Positions 8,597-17,617 of a stretch of 63,494 nt of DNA are shown here, piece after piece. Position 1 is the stretch's first letter. Each line of letters opens with the position of its first letter. Both the position numbers and the translations under genes were made by a program. The DNA is from Rhodothermales bacterium. Lineage in GTDB: Bacteria > Bacteroidota > Rhodothermia > Rhodothermales > JABDKH01. The DNA is taken from contig JBFIPX010000001.1 in NCBI GenBank assembly GCA_041609895.1, positions 1-63,494 of the forward strand, written 5' to 3'. The notes under the pieces are model-generated. The model did not search any database and had not been told where the DNA came from. It saw nothing but the letters and a program-made list of their open reading frames with translations.

Positions 8597-8986
8597 ATGA
8601 AATTAGTCCTTACCACGGTGCTAGCGGCCGTACTTTTTGTTGGCCTGTCCGCCTCAGCGATGCCGGACGATCGCGTTGTTGAAACGGTTGAGTGCAAGCT
8701 GAAGGAAGGAAAGACGATGGATGACGTTCATGCAGCGAACGGCAAATGGGTCAAGTTCATGAACGCCAACGTTGAAGGCGGTGACATCCAAAGTTATGTT
8801 CTGACGCCGCAGGTTGGCGGTATTGAACGCGGCTTGTTTATGTACGCCGATTCGTATCCCAATCTTGATTCCTGGGCAGCGGGCGACAAGGCGACTGACA
8901 TGGAAGCATACAAACCCATCCAGGAAGAGCTCCGCGCAGCGGCCGACTGTACGAAGAACTCTCTCTACAAGTCGAGGGCAAGCTAG
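8597..8986 (+). CDS. small secreted hypothetical protein (129 aa)
   Basis: Internal ATG 8597 gives the signal peptide MKLVLTTVLAAVLFVGLSASA-M. Transcribed divergently from 7858..8232. Confidence 0.65.
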   Translation: MKLVLTTVLAAVLFVGLSASAMPDDRVVETVECKLKEGKTMDDVHAANGKWVKFMNANVEGGDIQSYVLTPQVGGIERGLFMYADSYPNLDSWAAGDKATDMEAYKPIQEELRAAADCTKNSLYKSRAS

Positions 8987-9035
8987 GGCATCACGGTAGC
9001 CTTGCAAGCTACGCGCATTCCTGACACCGTGAGCC

Positions 9036-9080
9036 ATAGCAAGAGGCCCAAGCTGTACGTCAGCTTGGGCCTCTTGCTAT
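9036..9080. repeat. perfect 20-bp-arm inverted repeat (hairpin, possibly a U-tract-less terminator)
   Basis: atagcaagaggcccaagctg (9036-9055), loop tacgt, cagcttgggcctcttgctat (9061-9080). All 20 pairs are Watson-Crick, checked by hand. Lies 50 nt after the stop of 8597..8986. Confidence 0.8.
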
Positions 9081-9179
9081 CGCGCCGTCACTCCGGTACT
9101 GGTTTTCACAATCGTGAAAGCTAACTTGACCAGTTGACTCGACCAGCACAAACCAAAACGGGTTAGAACCTCGACAGCG

Positions 9180-9743
9180 ATGAAGACAGCTTTCGTTTCC
9201 GTAGCGCTCACGATTGTATTGGGCGCTTGCTCAACAACCAGGTCCGTCCGTCCGATCGGGGCCACGGTCGATGTGGAGGCCGTCGACTCACGTGTCCAGG
9301 AGGGGGCGAGTCCGACCGCAGAGGACTACGCAGCGGCCCGTTCCTCATTCCTGTCGAAGATGTCGGACTTCCTGGCTGAGCAGCAGCGCGCAACCAGTAG
9401 CCCAAAGCGAAAAGTTAAATCTGTGATCGTCGGCGCGGGAAGCGTGCTGAGCATTGGTGGACTTGTCGCGAGCTTCATCGTGAAGGACGAGGATCAGCGC
9501 TCGACGATCGCTCAGGCGTCGGCGAGTGTGGGAGCGGTCGCCGGAATTGTCGGGCTGATACCAGCGGGGGGCGGCGTGTCGGGAGCGACGGCGGCAGTCA
9601 CGTACCTCGAGTCAGAGCTGCCCCGGTTTGAGGAGCGATGGATGGCGACGAAGGATTCCATTGCGACCGAGGAATGGCAGTTCTTCATTTCTGACTGCCG
9701 ACACATCGAAGCGACGGCGGCCGAACTTCAGGCAATCGAATAG
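9180..9743 (+). CDS. hypothetical lipoprotein with Gly/Ala-rich hydrophobic segments
   Basis: MKTAFVSVALTIVLGAC-S lipobox. Internal VIVGAGSVLSIGGLVASFIV and ASVGAVAGIVGLIPAGGGV segments. Confidence 0.65.
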   Translation: MKTAFVSVALTIVLGACSTTRSVRPIGATVDVEAVDSRVQEGASPTAEDYAAARSSFLSKMSDFLAEQQRATSSPKRKVKSVIVGAGSVLSIGGLVASFIVKDEDQRSTIAQASASVGAVAGIVGLIPAGGGVSGATAAVTYLESELPRFEERWMATKDSIATEEWQFFISDCRHIEATAAELQAIE

Positions 9744-9801
9744 GTCAAGGTGCCCGTCGCGGAACGTCCGAGTCGAATCGAGAGAAGCCGACAAACCCGC
9801 C

Positions 9802-9942
9802 ATGTCAAAAGGTGACTTGGAATTTCGGGCCGCTGGTCGCGGCGACGTCCGAAGCATAGTACGTCTTCTGGTCGATGACCCGCTTGGGGGTTGTATCGAT
9901 ACTCAGACATTGCGGCTGGATTCAACACGTATGTTGGAGTAG
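9802..9942 (+). pseudogene. N-terminal remnant of a GNAT-family acetyltransferase (46 codons)
   Basis: MSKGDLEFRAAGRGDVRSIVRLLVDDPLGG resembles the typical GNAT start (IRPAxxxDxxxIxxLLxDDxLG), then runs into unrelated sequence and a stop. Confidence 0.4.
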
Positions 9943-10028
9943 ACCCTATCTTGGAAACCGTCCGGAGTGCTCCCCGCTATGAAGACTATCTGTCCCATAT
10001 TGGACTCGAGGAACTTTCTACACGATGA
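9891..10028 (+). pseudogene. C-terminal remnant of an unidentified protein (TPR/kinase-type tail)
   Basis: A different frame reads ...GFNTYVGVDPILETVRSAPRYEDYLSHIGLEELSTR*. This resembles the DPxxDxLRxDPRFxxLLxxIGL tails of TPR-containing proteins. It has no start codon and overlaps the end of the GNAT remnant. Confidence 0.3.
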
Positions 10029-10049
10029 CGGTTCCGGACGAACCACTTT

Positions 10050-12182
10050 TCAATCGGACGTGGTCGAGTCTCGATACTTGTCAAACCACGCCAGAGTGTA
10101 GGCTACCTTCGCAATTAACTGGCTGGGCCTGCGCGCAATGTTGTGAGCGGCACCGGGTATCTTCACTAACGCGGTGTCGATCTTGCGGAAGGTAAGGGCG
10201 TGGTAGAGTTGTTTCGCTTCGGATAATGGTGTCCGCAGGTCGTCTGCACCCACCATGACCATCGTAGGCGTGGTCACGTTGCCGGCCAGCGAGATGGGGG
10301 ACTCCTCCAGGTAGGCCTCGGGGTTTTCCCACGGGCTTCCGGGATAGCGATAGTCGTGGTAGTACATCCAATTGTCGGCCACCAGTACCTTGGAATACCA
10401 GTTCATGACAGGTTTGGTCACGACAGCGGCGCGGAAACGATTGGTCGATCCGACAATCCATGCGGTCATCGTGCCGCCCGCGCTACCTCCGGTCACAAAG
10501 AGCTGCTGCGGGTCGATGTATCCGTTCTCCAGCACGGCGTCGACTCCGCTCATAAGGTCGTGGTAGTCGCCGCCCGGGTAGTCGTGGTGCAGCAGGTTGG
10601 CGAACTCCTCGCCATAGCCGGTGCTGCCCCTCGGGTTTGCATACAGGACGACGTAGTCTGCTGCCGCGTAGAGTTGGATCTCCGGTGAGAAATGCGGTCC
10701 GTAGGCGCTTATAGGCCCACCATGTATTTCGAGGAGAAACGGATAGCGGCCGTCGGGGTCGAAATCGGGCGGCTTGACAAGCCAACCCTGAATCAGACGG
10801 TCGTCCGGCGACGAGGTCCACGTGATGGATTCCACATGCCCCAACGCGCGATCGGCGAGGAGGTCTTCGTTGAGGCCCGTGAGGACGCGTTCATCCAAGG
10901 TTCCGTTTCGCAGGACAGCTACGTCCGCAGGACGCGTCGACAGGCTGTGCGTGTATGCCACCGAGCCATTCTCGGATACCGTGAAGGATCCGCCGATGTA
11001 CGGGCGACCGATTACGGTACCGCCCATCCGATCGACCAGCGGACTCAGCTTGCCGTCTAGCGAAAGGCGAGCGACCTGCCTCAACCCGGCGTCCTGGTAG
11101 CTCACGTAGAGATCGTCCCCGCCCGGATTCCATAGCACCGATTCGAAGCTGACATCATGATTCCCCGTTAGTAAGCGACGCTCGCTCCCATCGAGGTTCA
11201 TGATGTAGACATCGGTATTCTGAAAGGTCGTCACACGGTCGTCGAATCCCAGATATGCGATGTGGCGTCCGCTGGGAGAGACAGCCGGCCGTCTGTCCGG
11301 TCCGTTCCGATAAGTCAGGGCTACGATCTTCTTGTCGGTGAGCAATACTACGTGCACCTCCGATTCAAGGTGATCGTGCTCCCAGTTTTCTATCCGGTTG
11401 GCCGAGAAGACAAGACCGGTCCCATCGGGCAGCCAACTTGGTGTTTCGCCGTGCTGATAGTCTCCCGAAGTCACCTGTCGTGGCGTGCCGCCCTCCGACG
11501 GCAAGACGAACAGATGGCGGTACCCCGGCTCAATGTAACCGCTGCCATCTGCCTCGTGTCTAGCACGCGTGATGACCCTCGGCTTTTCAGCCCACGCCGC
11601 ACCATCAGGAGCCGATGGCAGCTTGACGTCCAGACTTGGCTCGTCCTCCGGAACGAGCATCGAGAAAGCCAGCTTTGAGCCATCGGGAGACCGCGAAAGT
11701 CCAGAAGGAGAGCGCTCCAGCTGGGTGAGTCGGGCTGTCTGTCCGGTGTCCATCCACTGAACAAAGATCTCTGCACCGGCCTCGGTCCCGCGGACGTAGG
11801 CCAGGCGCGTACCATCGGGCGACCAGCGGGGTGACGACTCGTTGCCTTCGTGGAGGGTCAGCTTGCGGTGACCCGTGCCATCAGTCGCGACGATCCACAA
11901 ACGCCGCTGCCTGCGGTCGTTCATGATGTCCATTCCATTGCGCACGTAGACTATATGCCGTCCGTCGGCGCTGATTTGCGGTTCGGTGGCCCACTCGAGC
12001 TGAAAGACGTCATCGCGTGAAAACCGTTGAGCAGGCTGACCAAGTGCCGGCACCGCAGCAGCCAGCGCATAGATGACGGCCAGCACCACCAGAACTCGCG
12101 CGATCGACGGAGTTGAGGTCCAAAAACTTACTTGCCAGGTCCCAAAAGAATCTCGATATGCTGCCCTGCGTGTTGGAGCCAT
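10050..12182 (-). CDS. S9 family serine peptidase (prolyl oligopeptidase/acylaminoacyl-peptidase type) with N-terminal TolB-like beta-propeller
   Basis: Signal peptide. Repeated SPDG/WSPDG propeller motifs. Nucleophile elbow TGGSAGG. VGADDLRTP and PGAAHNI fit the Asp and His of the catalytic triad. Confidence 0.9.
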   Translation of the reverse strand: MAPTRRAAYRDSFGTWQVSFWTSTPSIARVLVVLAVIYALAAAVPALGQPAQRFSRDDVFQLEWATEPQISADGRHIVYVRNGMDIMNDRRQRRLWIVATDGTGHRKLTLHEGNESSPRWSPDGTRLAYVRGTEAGAEIFVQWMDTGQTARLTQLERSPSGLSRSPDGSKLAFSMLVPEDEPSLDVKLPSAPDGAAWAEKPRVITRARHEADGSGYIEPGYRHLFVLPSEGGTPRQVTSGDYQHGETPSWLPDGTGLVFSANRIENWEHDHLESEVHVVLLTDKKIVALTYRNGPDRRPAVSPSGRHIAYLGFDDRVTTFQNTDVYIMNLDGSERRLLTGNHDVSFESVLWNPGGDDLYVSYQDAGLRQVARLSLDGKLSPLVDRMGGTVIGRPYIGGSFTVSENGSVAYTHSLSTRPADVAVLRNGTLDERVLTGLNEDLLADRALGHVESITWTSSPDDRLIQGWLVKPPDFDPDGRYPFLLEIHGGPISAYGPHFSPEIQLYAAADYVVLYANPRGSTGYGEEFANLLHHDYPGGDYHDLMSGVDAVLENGYIDPQQLFVTGGSAGGTMTAWIVGSTNRFRAAVVTKPVMNWYSKVLVADNWMYYHDYRYPGSPWENPEAYLEESPISLAGNVTTPTMVMVGADDLRTPLSEAKQLYHALTFRKIDTALVKIPGAAHNIARRPSQLIAKVAYTLAWFDKYRDSTTSD

Positions 12183-12216
12183 CCGGCGGACTGCTGTTCC
12201 GAAAGGGTAGGGAAGT

Positions 12217-13785
12217 TTACTTTACGACTACCATGCGTCTCGTCTCGACATAGCCATTCGCCTCGAGACGGTAGTAGTAGATACCGCCGGGAAGATCCGA
12301 GACATCGACTTGTTTCTCGTGAACGCCGGGTGCCATTCTGTCGGACAGAACGTCCTTGACGCGGCGACCCAGCACGTCGACCAGGAACAACCGCACGTCA
12401 CTTGCGACCGGCAGTTCAAACGCAACGATGGTCGAAAGCATGGCAGGGTTGGGTCTGTTCTGCTGAAGTCGATACGCCGACCGAACGGTCTCTGCGGGCT
12501 CGACATTCACAGACCTCGCGAACTTGAAGAGGTATGCCGATCCTGCAAGCGTGCCATTGTCATTTTCGTCGAATGGCATACCCATGATTGCCCCATCGCC
12601 GTCCAGCGACACCGACAGCGGAAACCGGTCATACGGTGCGCCATCACCTGCCATCAGCTTACCCTCTTGTACCCAGCGCTCTCCATCGAAGCGGAATGCG
12701 TATGCCGATCCGGATCGCGCACCGTTCTCGTTGTTGTCAGCGTTGGCGGCCACAATGATACGCGAGCCACTGACAGTCACCTGTCCGCCAAACTGGTCTC
12801 CGGATTCGGCGTCGTCCGCGACGAGTTTCTGTTCCTCGTTCCACTGGCTTCCGTCATGTCGAAACGTGTAAGCGGCTCCCGACTCGACACCGGGCGTGTG
12901 ATCGCCCTTCCACGCTCCTCCGACGATGCGATTGCCATCAATTGCCACGGAGGCTCCAAAAAAATCACCGGCTGCTCCGTCACTCGCGAGGACCTTCTCC
13001 TCCAGGACCCAAGTGCACGCCTCAGTTAGCCGACAACCCGATCGACGAAAGATGTATATCGCCCCGGCGTTCATTCCATTCACGTTGTCGTTCCTGGGCG
13101 CGCCAATTACAATGCGAGTTCCCTGGATCGCTACGGAGTTTGCAAATCGATCTGCCATTGCCGGGTCGTGCGGCTCCAATTCCTGCTCCTCGATCCAACC
13201 GGTTCCGTCATGTCGAAAGACGTAGGCAGTGCCGGACATCATGGGAGTCATCCCACCGGTGTCTCCCATAGGCGAACCGACGACCATGAGATTGCCATCC
13301 ATCGCTATGCTGTGGCCGAAGGCGTCATAGGCCTCAGCGTCACTCGCGGTGATGGCATGCTCGAGGTTCCAGTGTTCGCCGTCGAATGCAAATAGATAGG
13401 CTGAACCTGCGCCAACCCCCTTGTCGTTTGAATCCTCGGGTGCGCCCACCGCGACGCGCATACCGCTTCCCGCCACGGCAAAGCCGAATCTGTCGCCCGT
13501 CACGCCCGAAGCCAGCTTCTGGTACTCTTGCCACTCGCACATTCCGGCATCGCACAGGTGGCGGAGCACGTAGGCTGCACCCTCGGTCTTGCTCGTACCA
13601 ACTACTGCAAGGTCCCCTCGGAGCGAGACCGACATGCCGAAGAAATCGTTCTGGCTGCCGTCTGCCGGCATGACTTTCTGTTGACTTTGAGCGGCAGCCG
13701 TAACGGTAGAACCGACCATGAACGCCAGGACGATGACTCCGCTCAATACCTGTCGTATCATGAACCCGCACCGGTGGTGTTTCAT
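12217..13785 (-). CDS. FG-GAP-like repeat protein with T9SS C-terminal sorting domain
   Basis: About 8 repeats of DxFGxSVAxxGxxxxVGAxxxD...GAAYVF. C-terminal NRPNPAMLSTIVAFELP...GIYYYRLEANGYVETRRMVVVK. Start ATG 13785 (MKHHRCGFMIRQVLSGVIVLAF...); ATG 13761 is also possible. Confidence 0.85.
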   Translation of the reverse strand: MKHHRCGFMIRQVLSGVIVLAFMVGSTVTAAAQSQQKVMPADGSQNDFFGMSVSLRGDLAVVGTSKTEGAAYVLRHLCDAGMCEWQEYQKLASGVTGDRFGFAVAGSGMRVAVGAPEDSNDKGVGAGSAYLFAFDGEHWNLEHAITASDAEAYDAFGHSIAMDGNLMVVGSPMGDTGGMTPMMSGTAYVFRHDGTGWIEEQELEPHDPAMADRFANSVAIQGTRIVIGAPRNDNVNGMNAGAIYIFRRSGCRLTEACTWVLEEKVLASDGAAGDFFGASVAIDGNRIVGGAWKGDHTPGVESGAAYTFRHDGSQWNEEQKLVADDAESGDQFGGQVTVSGSRIIVAANADNNENGARSGSAYAFRFDGERWVQEGKLMAGDGAPYDRFPLSVSLDGDGAIMGMPFDENDNGTLAGSAYLFKFARSVNVEPAETVRSAYRLQQNRPNPAMLSTIVAFELPVASDVRLFLVDVLGRRVKDVLSDRMAPGVHEKQVDVSDLPGGIYYYRLEANGYVETRRMVVVK

Positions 13786-14195
13786 CTTGCCAACCCACAA
13801 AGCAACTCGCACGCGGTTAGATTGTCAATAGGTCGCCTCGTCTTTATGTGGCACATGCCGGTTCTCCTTCACTCCGTTTCGGGCCAAACGGCACTGGTGC
13901 CGGGATCGAGGCCGCACCAGATTCATCTGTAGCCGAACAGAAGAAGCTTTAGGTCCGGTGCTATACACGATGGTATCCGACGCGAAAGTGAATCGCGTCG
14001 TCATGTACAGAGTCCTAAGTCGATTGAACCGGTTTATTATTTCTGGCCGCTCTGTAGGTGAACCGCGAGATGTCACGAACGGGTCTTGTGGTGATCAGCC
14101 TCAACTCATGTATACTCTCTGCGCGCGCCTTCGGACGTGGAGTGACCGTAACGGGCGCGCATCAAGACGATGGCTCTGAGCTAAAGAATGCGGTA

Positions 14196-15566
14196 ATGAA
14201 TCGAAGAGATTTTTTTAGAACCGGTGCAGCAGCAGGATTGGCGTTGTCCATGCCGTCAACACAAACTGATTGGCGGACGTCGATGAACTCTCCGTCGACC
14301 TTGGATGACGTTCCAGTCCGGATCGGTATCATCGGGGTTGGCCTTCGAGGCCGAGAGCACCTGCGTCTCGCTTTGCGGCGAGAAGACACGAATATCGTCG
14401 CCATCTGCGACATCGATCCGAAGGCGATCGAGTTGTCGCAGGAGATGCTCCGCACTTCCGGCAAGAAGGAGGCGGTCGAGTATTCGGACGGTGATCTCGC
14501 ATTTCTCCAGATGGTCGAGCGAGACGATCTCCACGGAGTCATCATTGCGACACCGTGGCGTTGGCACGCGCGAATGGCGATTGCAGCAATGCGGGCCGGC
14601 AAGTACGCAGGACTCGAGGTGCCGGCTGCAGTTACAGCTGACGAGTGCTGGGATCTCGTCGACGTATCGGAGGATACGGGGATGCCGTGCATGATCCTCG
14701 AGAACGTGTGCTACCGTCGCGACGTCATGGCCATACTCAACATGGTCCGTCAGGGTCTGTTCGGAGAGCTCGTGCATCTGGAATGCGGATACCAGCACGA
14801 CCTGCGTCGAGTCAAGTTCAATGACGGTGTGCAGCCGTACGGTGGCGGCGTGGAGTTCGGTGCGAAAGGGTTTTCCGAGGCCCGATGGCGTACGCTGCAC
14901 TCGGTGAAACGTAATGGCGATCTCTATCCGACTCATGGGATCGGACCGGTTGCGACCATGATCGACGTCAACCGAGGCAACCGGTTCGTTTCGCTTACGT
15001 CAACGGCATCAAAGTCGCGCGGGCTGCATCATTACATTGTGGATAAGGCCGGAGAAAATCATCCAAATGCGCAGGTTCGATTCAAACTTGGAGACGTGGT
15101 CACGACGGTGATTCGGTGTGCGAATGAGGAGACGATCGTCGTCCGGCACGACACCAATCTACCCAGACCGTACTCGCTGGGATTCAGGGTCCAGGGTGTA
15201 CGAGGCATCTGGATGGACGTCAACGATGGCATTTATCTTGAAGGCAAATCGCCAGGCCAAGGTTGGGAGCCGGCCGGACCGTACCTCGAGGAATACGATC
15301 ACCCGTTATGGCAGCGATACGCGTCGCTAGCCGAGGGAGCGGGGCACGGAGGTATGGACTTTTTTGTTCTGAATGCTTTCATCGAGTCCGTGAAGCGGCG
15401 AGAGCCGGTGCCTTTCGATGTTTACGATGCAGCGTCGTGGAGCGTTATTTCCGCGCTGTCAGAGCGGTCGATTGCAGCCGGAGGCGACCCGCAGGAGTTT
15501 CCAGACTTCACCCGCGGCCGATGGCTCGACAGGAAGCCGGTCTTTGACCTCGCGGATACTAACTGA
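14196..15566 (+). CDS. Tat-exported Gfo/Idh/MocA-type NAD-dependent glycosidase, GH109-like (alpha-N-acetylgalactosaminidase family)
   Basis: Start MNRRDFFRTGAAAGLALSMP (twin-arginine). IGIIGVGLRGREH Rossmann motif. ENVCYRRDVMAILNMVRQGLFGELVH and GDLYPTHGIGP match my recollection of GH109 enzymes. Confidence 0.85.
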   Translation: MNRRDFFRTGAAAGLALSMPSTQTDWRTSMNSPSTLDDVPVRIGIIGVGLRGREHLRLALRREDTNIVAICDIDPKAIELSQEMLRTSGKKEAVEYSDGDLAFLQMVERDDLHGVIIATPWRWHARMAIAAMRAGKYAGLEVPAAVTADECWDLVDVSEDTGMPCMILENVCYRRDVMAILNMVRQGLFGELVHLECGYQHDLRRVKFNDGVQPYGGGVEFGAKGFSEARWRTLHSVKRNGDLYPTHGIGPVATMIDVNRGNRFVSLTSTASKSRGLHHYIVDKAGENHPNAQVRFKLGDVVTTVIRCANEETIVVRHDTNLPRPYSLGFRVQGVRGIWMDVNDGIYLEGKSPGQGWEPAGPYLEEYDHPLWQRYASLAEGAGHGGMDFFVLNAFIESVKRREPVPFDVYDAASWSVISALSERSIAAGGDPQEFPDFTRGRWLDRKPVFDLADTN

Positions 15567-15670
15567 TCAACACTGCAGCGGTAGGATGAGTCCGGTACGC
15601 GTTGTTTCCGTTTGATAGCGTGTTCTGGTTCTGAAGGGGCAGGGTAGCGCGATCCTAGTGAATCCCGTTT

Positions 15671-16672
15671 CTAAAGACGGCTTGATGCCTCTAGTAGCCG
15701 GTTGCCCTTCTCACGTTCGTAGACCGCGCATTCGAATCCCGGCTCGAGGCTGTACGCACCGTAGCGCCCCGTCCGGTCGAGCGCGAGGAATCCCACCTGG
15801 ATTTCTTCGTAGTTCGGGTTTTTCTGGATGACCCGTTCGACCGCAAGTCTGCACGCCGTCTCAGGCGTATGTCCCTGCCGCATGAGTTCGACGACGAGGT
15901 GCGAACCAACCACACGAATCACGGCCTCACCCATGCCGGTCGCGCAGGCGGCGCCGACGTCGTTGTCCACAAATAGTCCTGCGCCGATAATCGGCGAGTC
16001 GCCGACACGGCCGTGCCGCTTCCAGGCTAGACCGCTCGTCGTGCACGCTCCGGACAAATTGCCGGCCTCGTCGAGCGCCAACATCCCGATCGTATCATGA
16101 TCGTCTTTATTAGATTGTGGGACAGTCTTTTGTGATGATGATATCATCCACTTGCTCCACTCATTCTCAGCCTCGGCCGTGAGCAGGTTTTCGCGCAAGA
16201 AGCCTTGCTGCTCCGCAAACTCGAGCGCTCCTTCGCCCACGAGCATTACGTGCGGCGTCTTCTCCATCACGAGCCGAGCGACAGAAATGGGGTTCTTGAT
16301 GTGCTGCAGAAAAGCCACGGAGCCGCAGTCGCCAACCTCATTCATGATGCAGGCATCGAGTGTGACCCGACCGGTTCGGTCGGGCAGGCCGCCGTATCCG
16401 ACGCTCTGGATGTTTGGGTCCGATTCGATGACACGGACTCCCGCCTCAACTGCGTCGAGGGCGCGACCGCCCACAGAGAGCACCTCCCAAGCCGTCTGGT
16501 TCGCCTTTAGCCCGTGGTCCCATGTCGAGACTACGATGGGCTTCTTCGTACTCGAGTAGTCTGCAACACCTCTTTTGAGCTCCGTCCAAAGCGACTCGAG
16601 TTTGTCGGGCAGGCCGGAAAGTAGTAGAGGCGCAAGAGCGCCGGTCCTCAAAAATGTTCGTCGGTCGGGCAT
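15671..16672 (-). CDS. Tat-exported glycosylasparaginase / isoaspartyl peptidase family Ntn-hydrolase
   Basis: MPDRRTFLRTGALAPLLLSG signal. Autoprocessing site HDTIGMLALD. GDSPIIGAG and GMGE motifs. Confidence 0.85.
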   Translation of the reverse strand: MPDRRTFLRTGALAPLLLSGLPDKLESLWTELKRGVADYSSTKKPIVVSTWDHGLKANQTAWEVLSVGGRALDAVEAGVRVIESDPNIQSVGYGGLPDRTGRVTLDACIMNEVGDCGSVAFLQHIKNPISVARLVMEKTPHVMLVGEGALEFAEQQGFLRENLLTAEAENEWSKWMISSSQKTVPQSNKDDHDTIGMLALDEAGNLSGACTTSGLAWKRHGRVGDSPIIGAGLFVDNDVGAACATGMGEAVIRVVGSHLVVELMRQGHTPETACRLAVERVIQKNPNYEEIQVGFLALDRTGRYGAYSLEPGFECAVYEREKGNRLLEASSRL

Positions 16673-16855
16673 ACTCGCACCCTCTGCGTAGTAGGAAAAG
16701 CTTCGTCATTATACTACCGCCTTCCTTCAACCGGTAGTTGTGGTAAGCGTACTTTCCTCTCACGGCGAATGCCCGGCGGGTGATGAACTCGCTTCAAAAC
16801 CTAAAAGTCGATCGGTAACTTTGGCCGTCGAAGTAGACATCAACTCAGCTGGCTG

Positions 16856-17515
16856 GTGACTCGACTCAAGACCTTTCTTTCACAGCGCTACGCGCCCCAT
16901 TCGCTTGTTGTCCTGGCGGGTGTTACGGTTGTTCTGTTGGCGCTTCTTCCCCCTGAGGTCACGTTGGGCTCCCTCATTCGAATTGTGCTGCTACACGGTG
17001 CCTTGGCTCGGGCGGGCCTGATTGCTTTCGGCGTAGCGGCATTGCTCGGCGCCGCGCTCCTCGCGCGCCCGACGCTGCAACTCGAATCGTGGACTCTCGC
17101 CGCAGCGGCGACCGCAGCCAGTGTCTGGTTTCTGGGAGCGCTTACGAGCGTCATAGCGACCTATCAATCGTGGGGCGTGTTGATTGCATGGGGCGAACCG
17201 CGGACTCGCGCTACCGCCATGATCCTCGCCTTGGCCCTCGTGATGCTCGGTGTAGTTCGCTGGTTGAAGACTGCGCGTTTCACCGGGCTGAGCAACCTGG
17301 TCGTCGGGGTTTTCGCGTGGACTCTGGTATCACGAGCGTCAAGCATCCAGCACCCTCAGGATCCCGTAGGCACTTCGCCGTCGACGATGTACCAGCTGAT
17401 CTTTTTCGCACTCGTCGCAACACTCGTGGTTGCGTCGGTGCAATTTGCCAGATGGATTCGACGGCCGGTCAACGAAAAGCAGTGGCGACCGGACCCTGAA
17501 ATGGAGTCAGACTGA
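16856..17515 (+). CDS. polytopic membrane protein, remotely CcmC/CcsA-like (heme-handling family) with degenerate WWD motif
   Basis: GTG start. About 6 predicted TM helices. SWGVLIAWGEPRTRAT aligns by eye to the CcmC segment WGTWWVWDARLTS, flanked by conserved-position His residues (IVLLHGA and SSIQHPQD). Confidence 0.6.
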   Translation: MTRLKTFLSQRYAPHSLVVLAGVTVVLLALLPPEVTLGSLIRIVLLHGALARAGLIAFGVAALLGAALLARPTLQLESWTLAAAATAASVWFLGALTSVIATYQSWGVLIAWGEPRTRATAMILALALVMLGVVRWLKTARFTGLSNLVVGVFAWTLVSRASSIQHPQDPVGTSPSTMYQLIFFALVATLVVASVQFARWIRRPVNEKQWRPDPEMESD

Positions 17516-17552
17516 GTTTTCCTGAGTTGTGGTGAGTTGTGCCGAGTTGTCC
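17513..17552. repeat. four tandem 10-bp units (tgagttttcc tgagttgtgg tgagttgtgc cgagttgtcc)
   Basis: Read directly. The first unit contains the TGA stop of 16856..17515. Lies in the 102-bp spacer between convergent genes. Confidence 0.85.
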
Positions 17553-17617
17553 GCCAGGTCAGTCCTGTGGATGACATCAGATCGTCGCAGTACCCTGAAA
17601 TTTCGCCAATGGCACCA

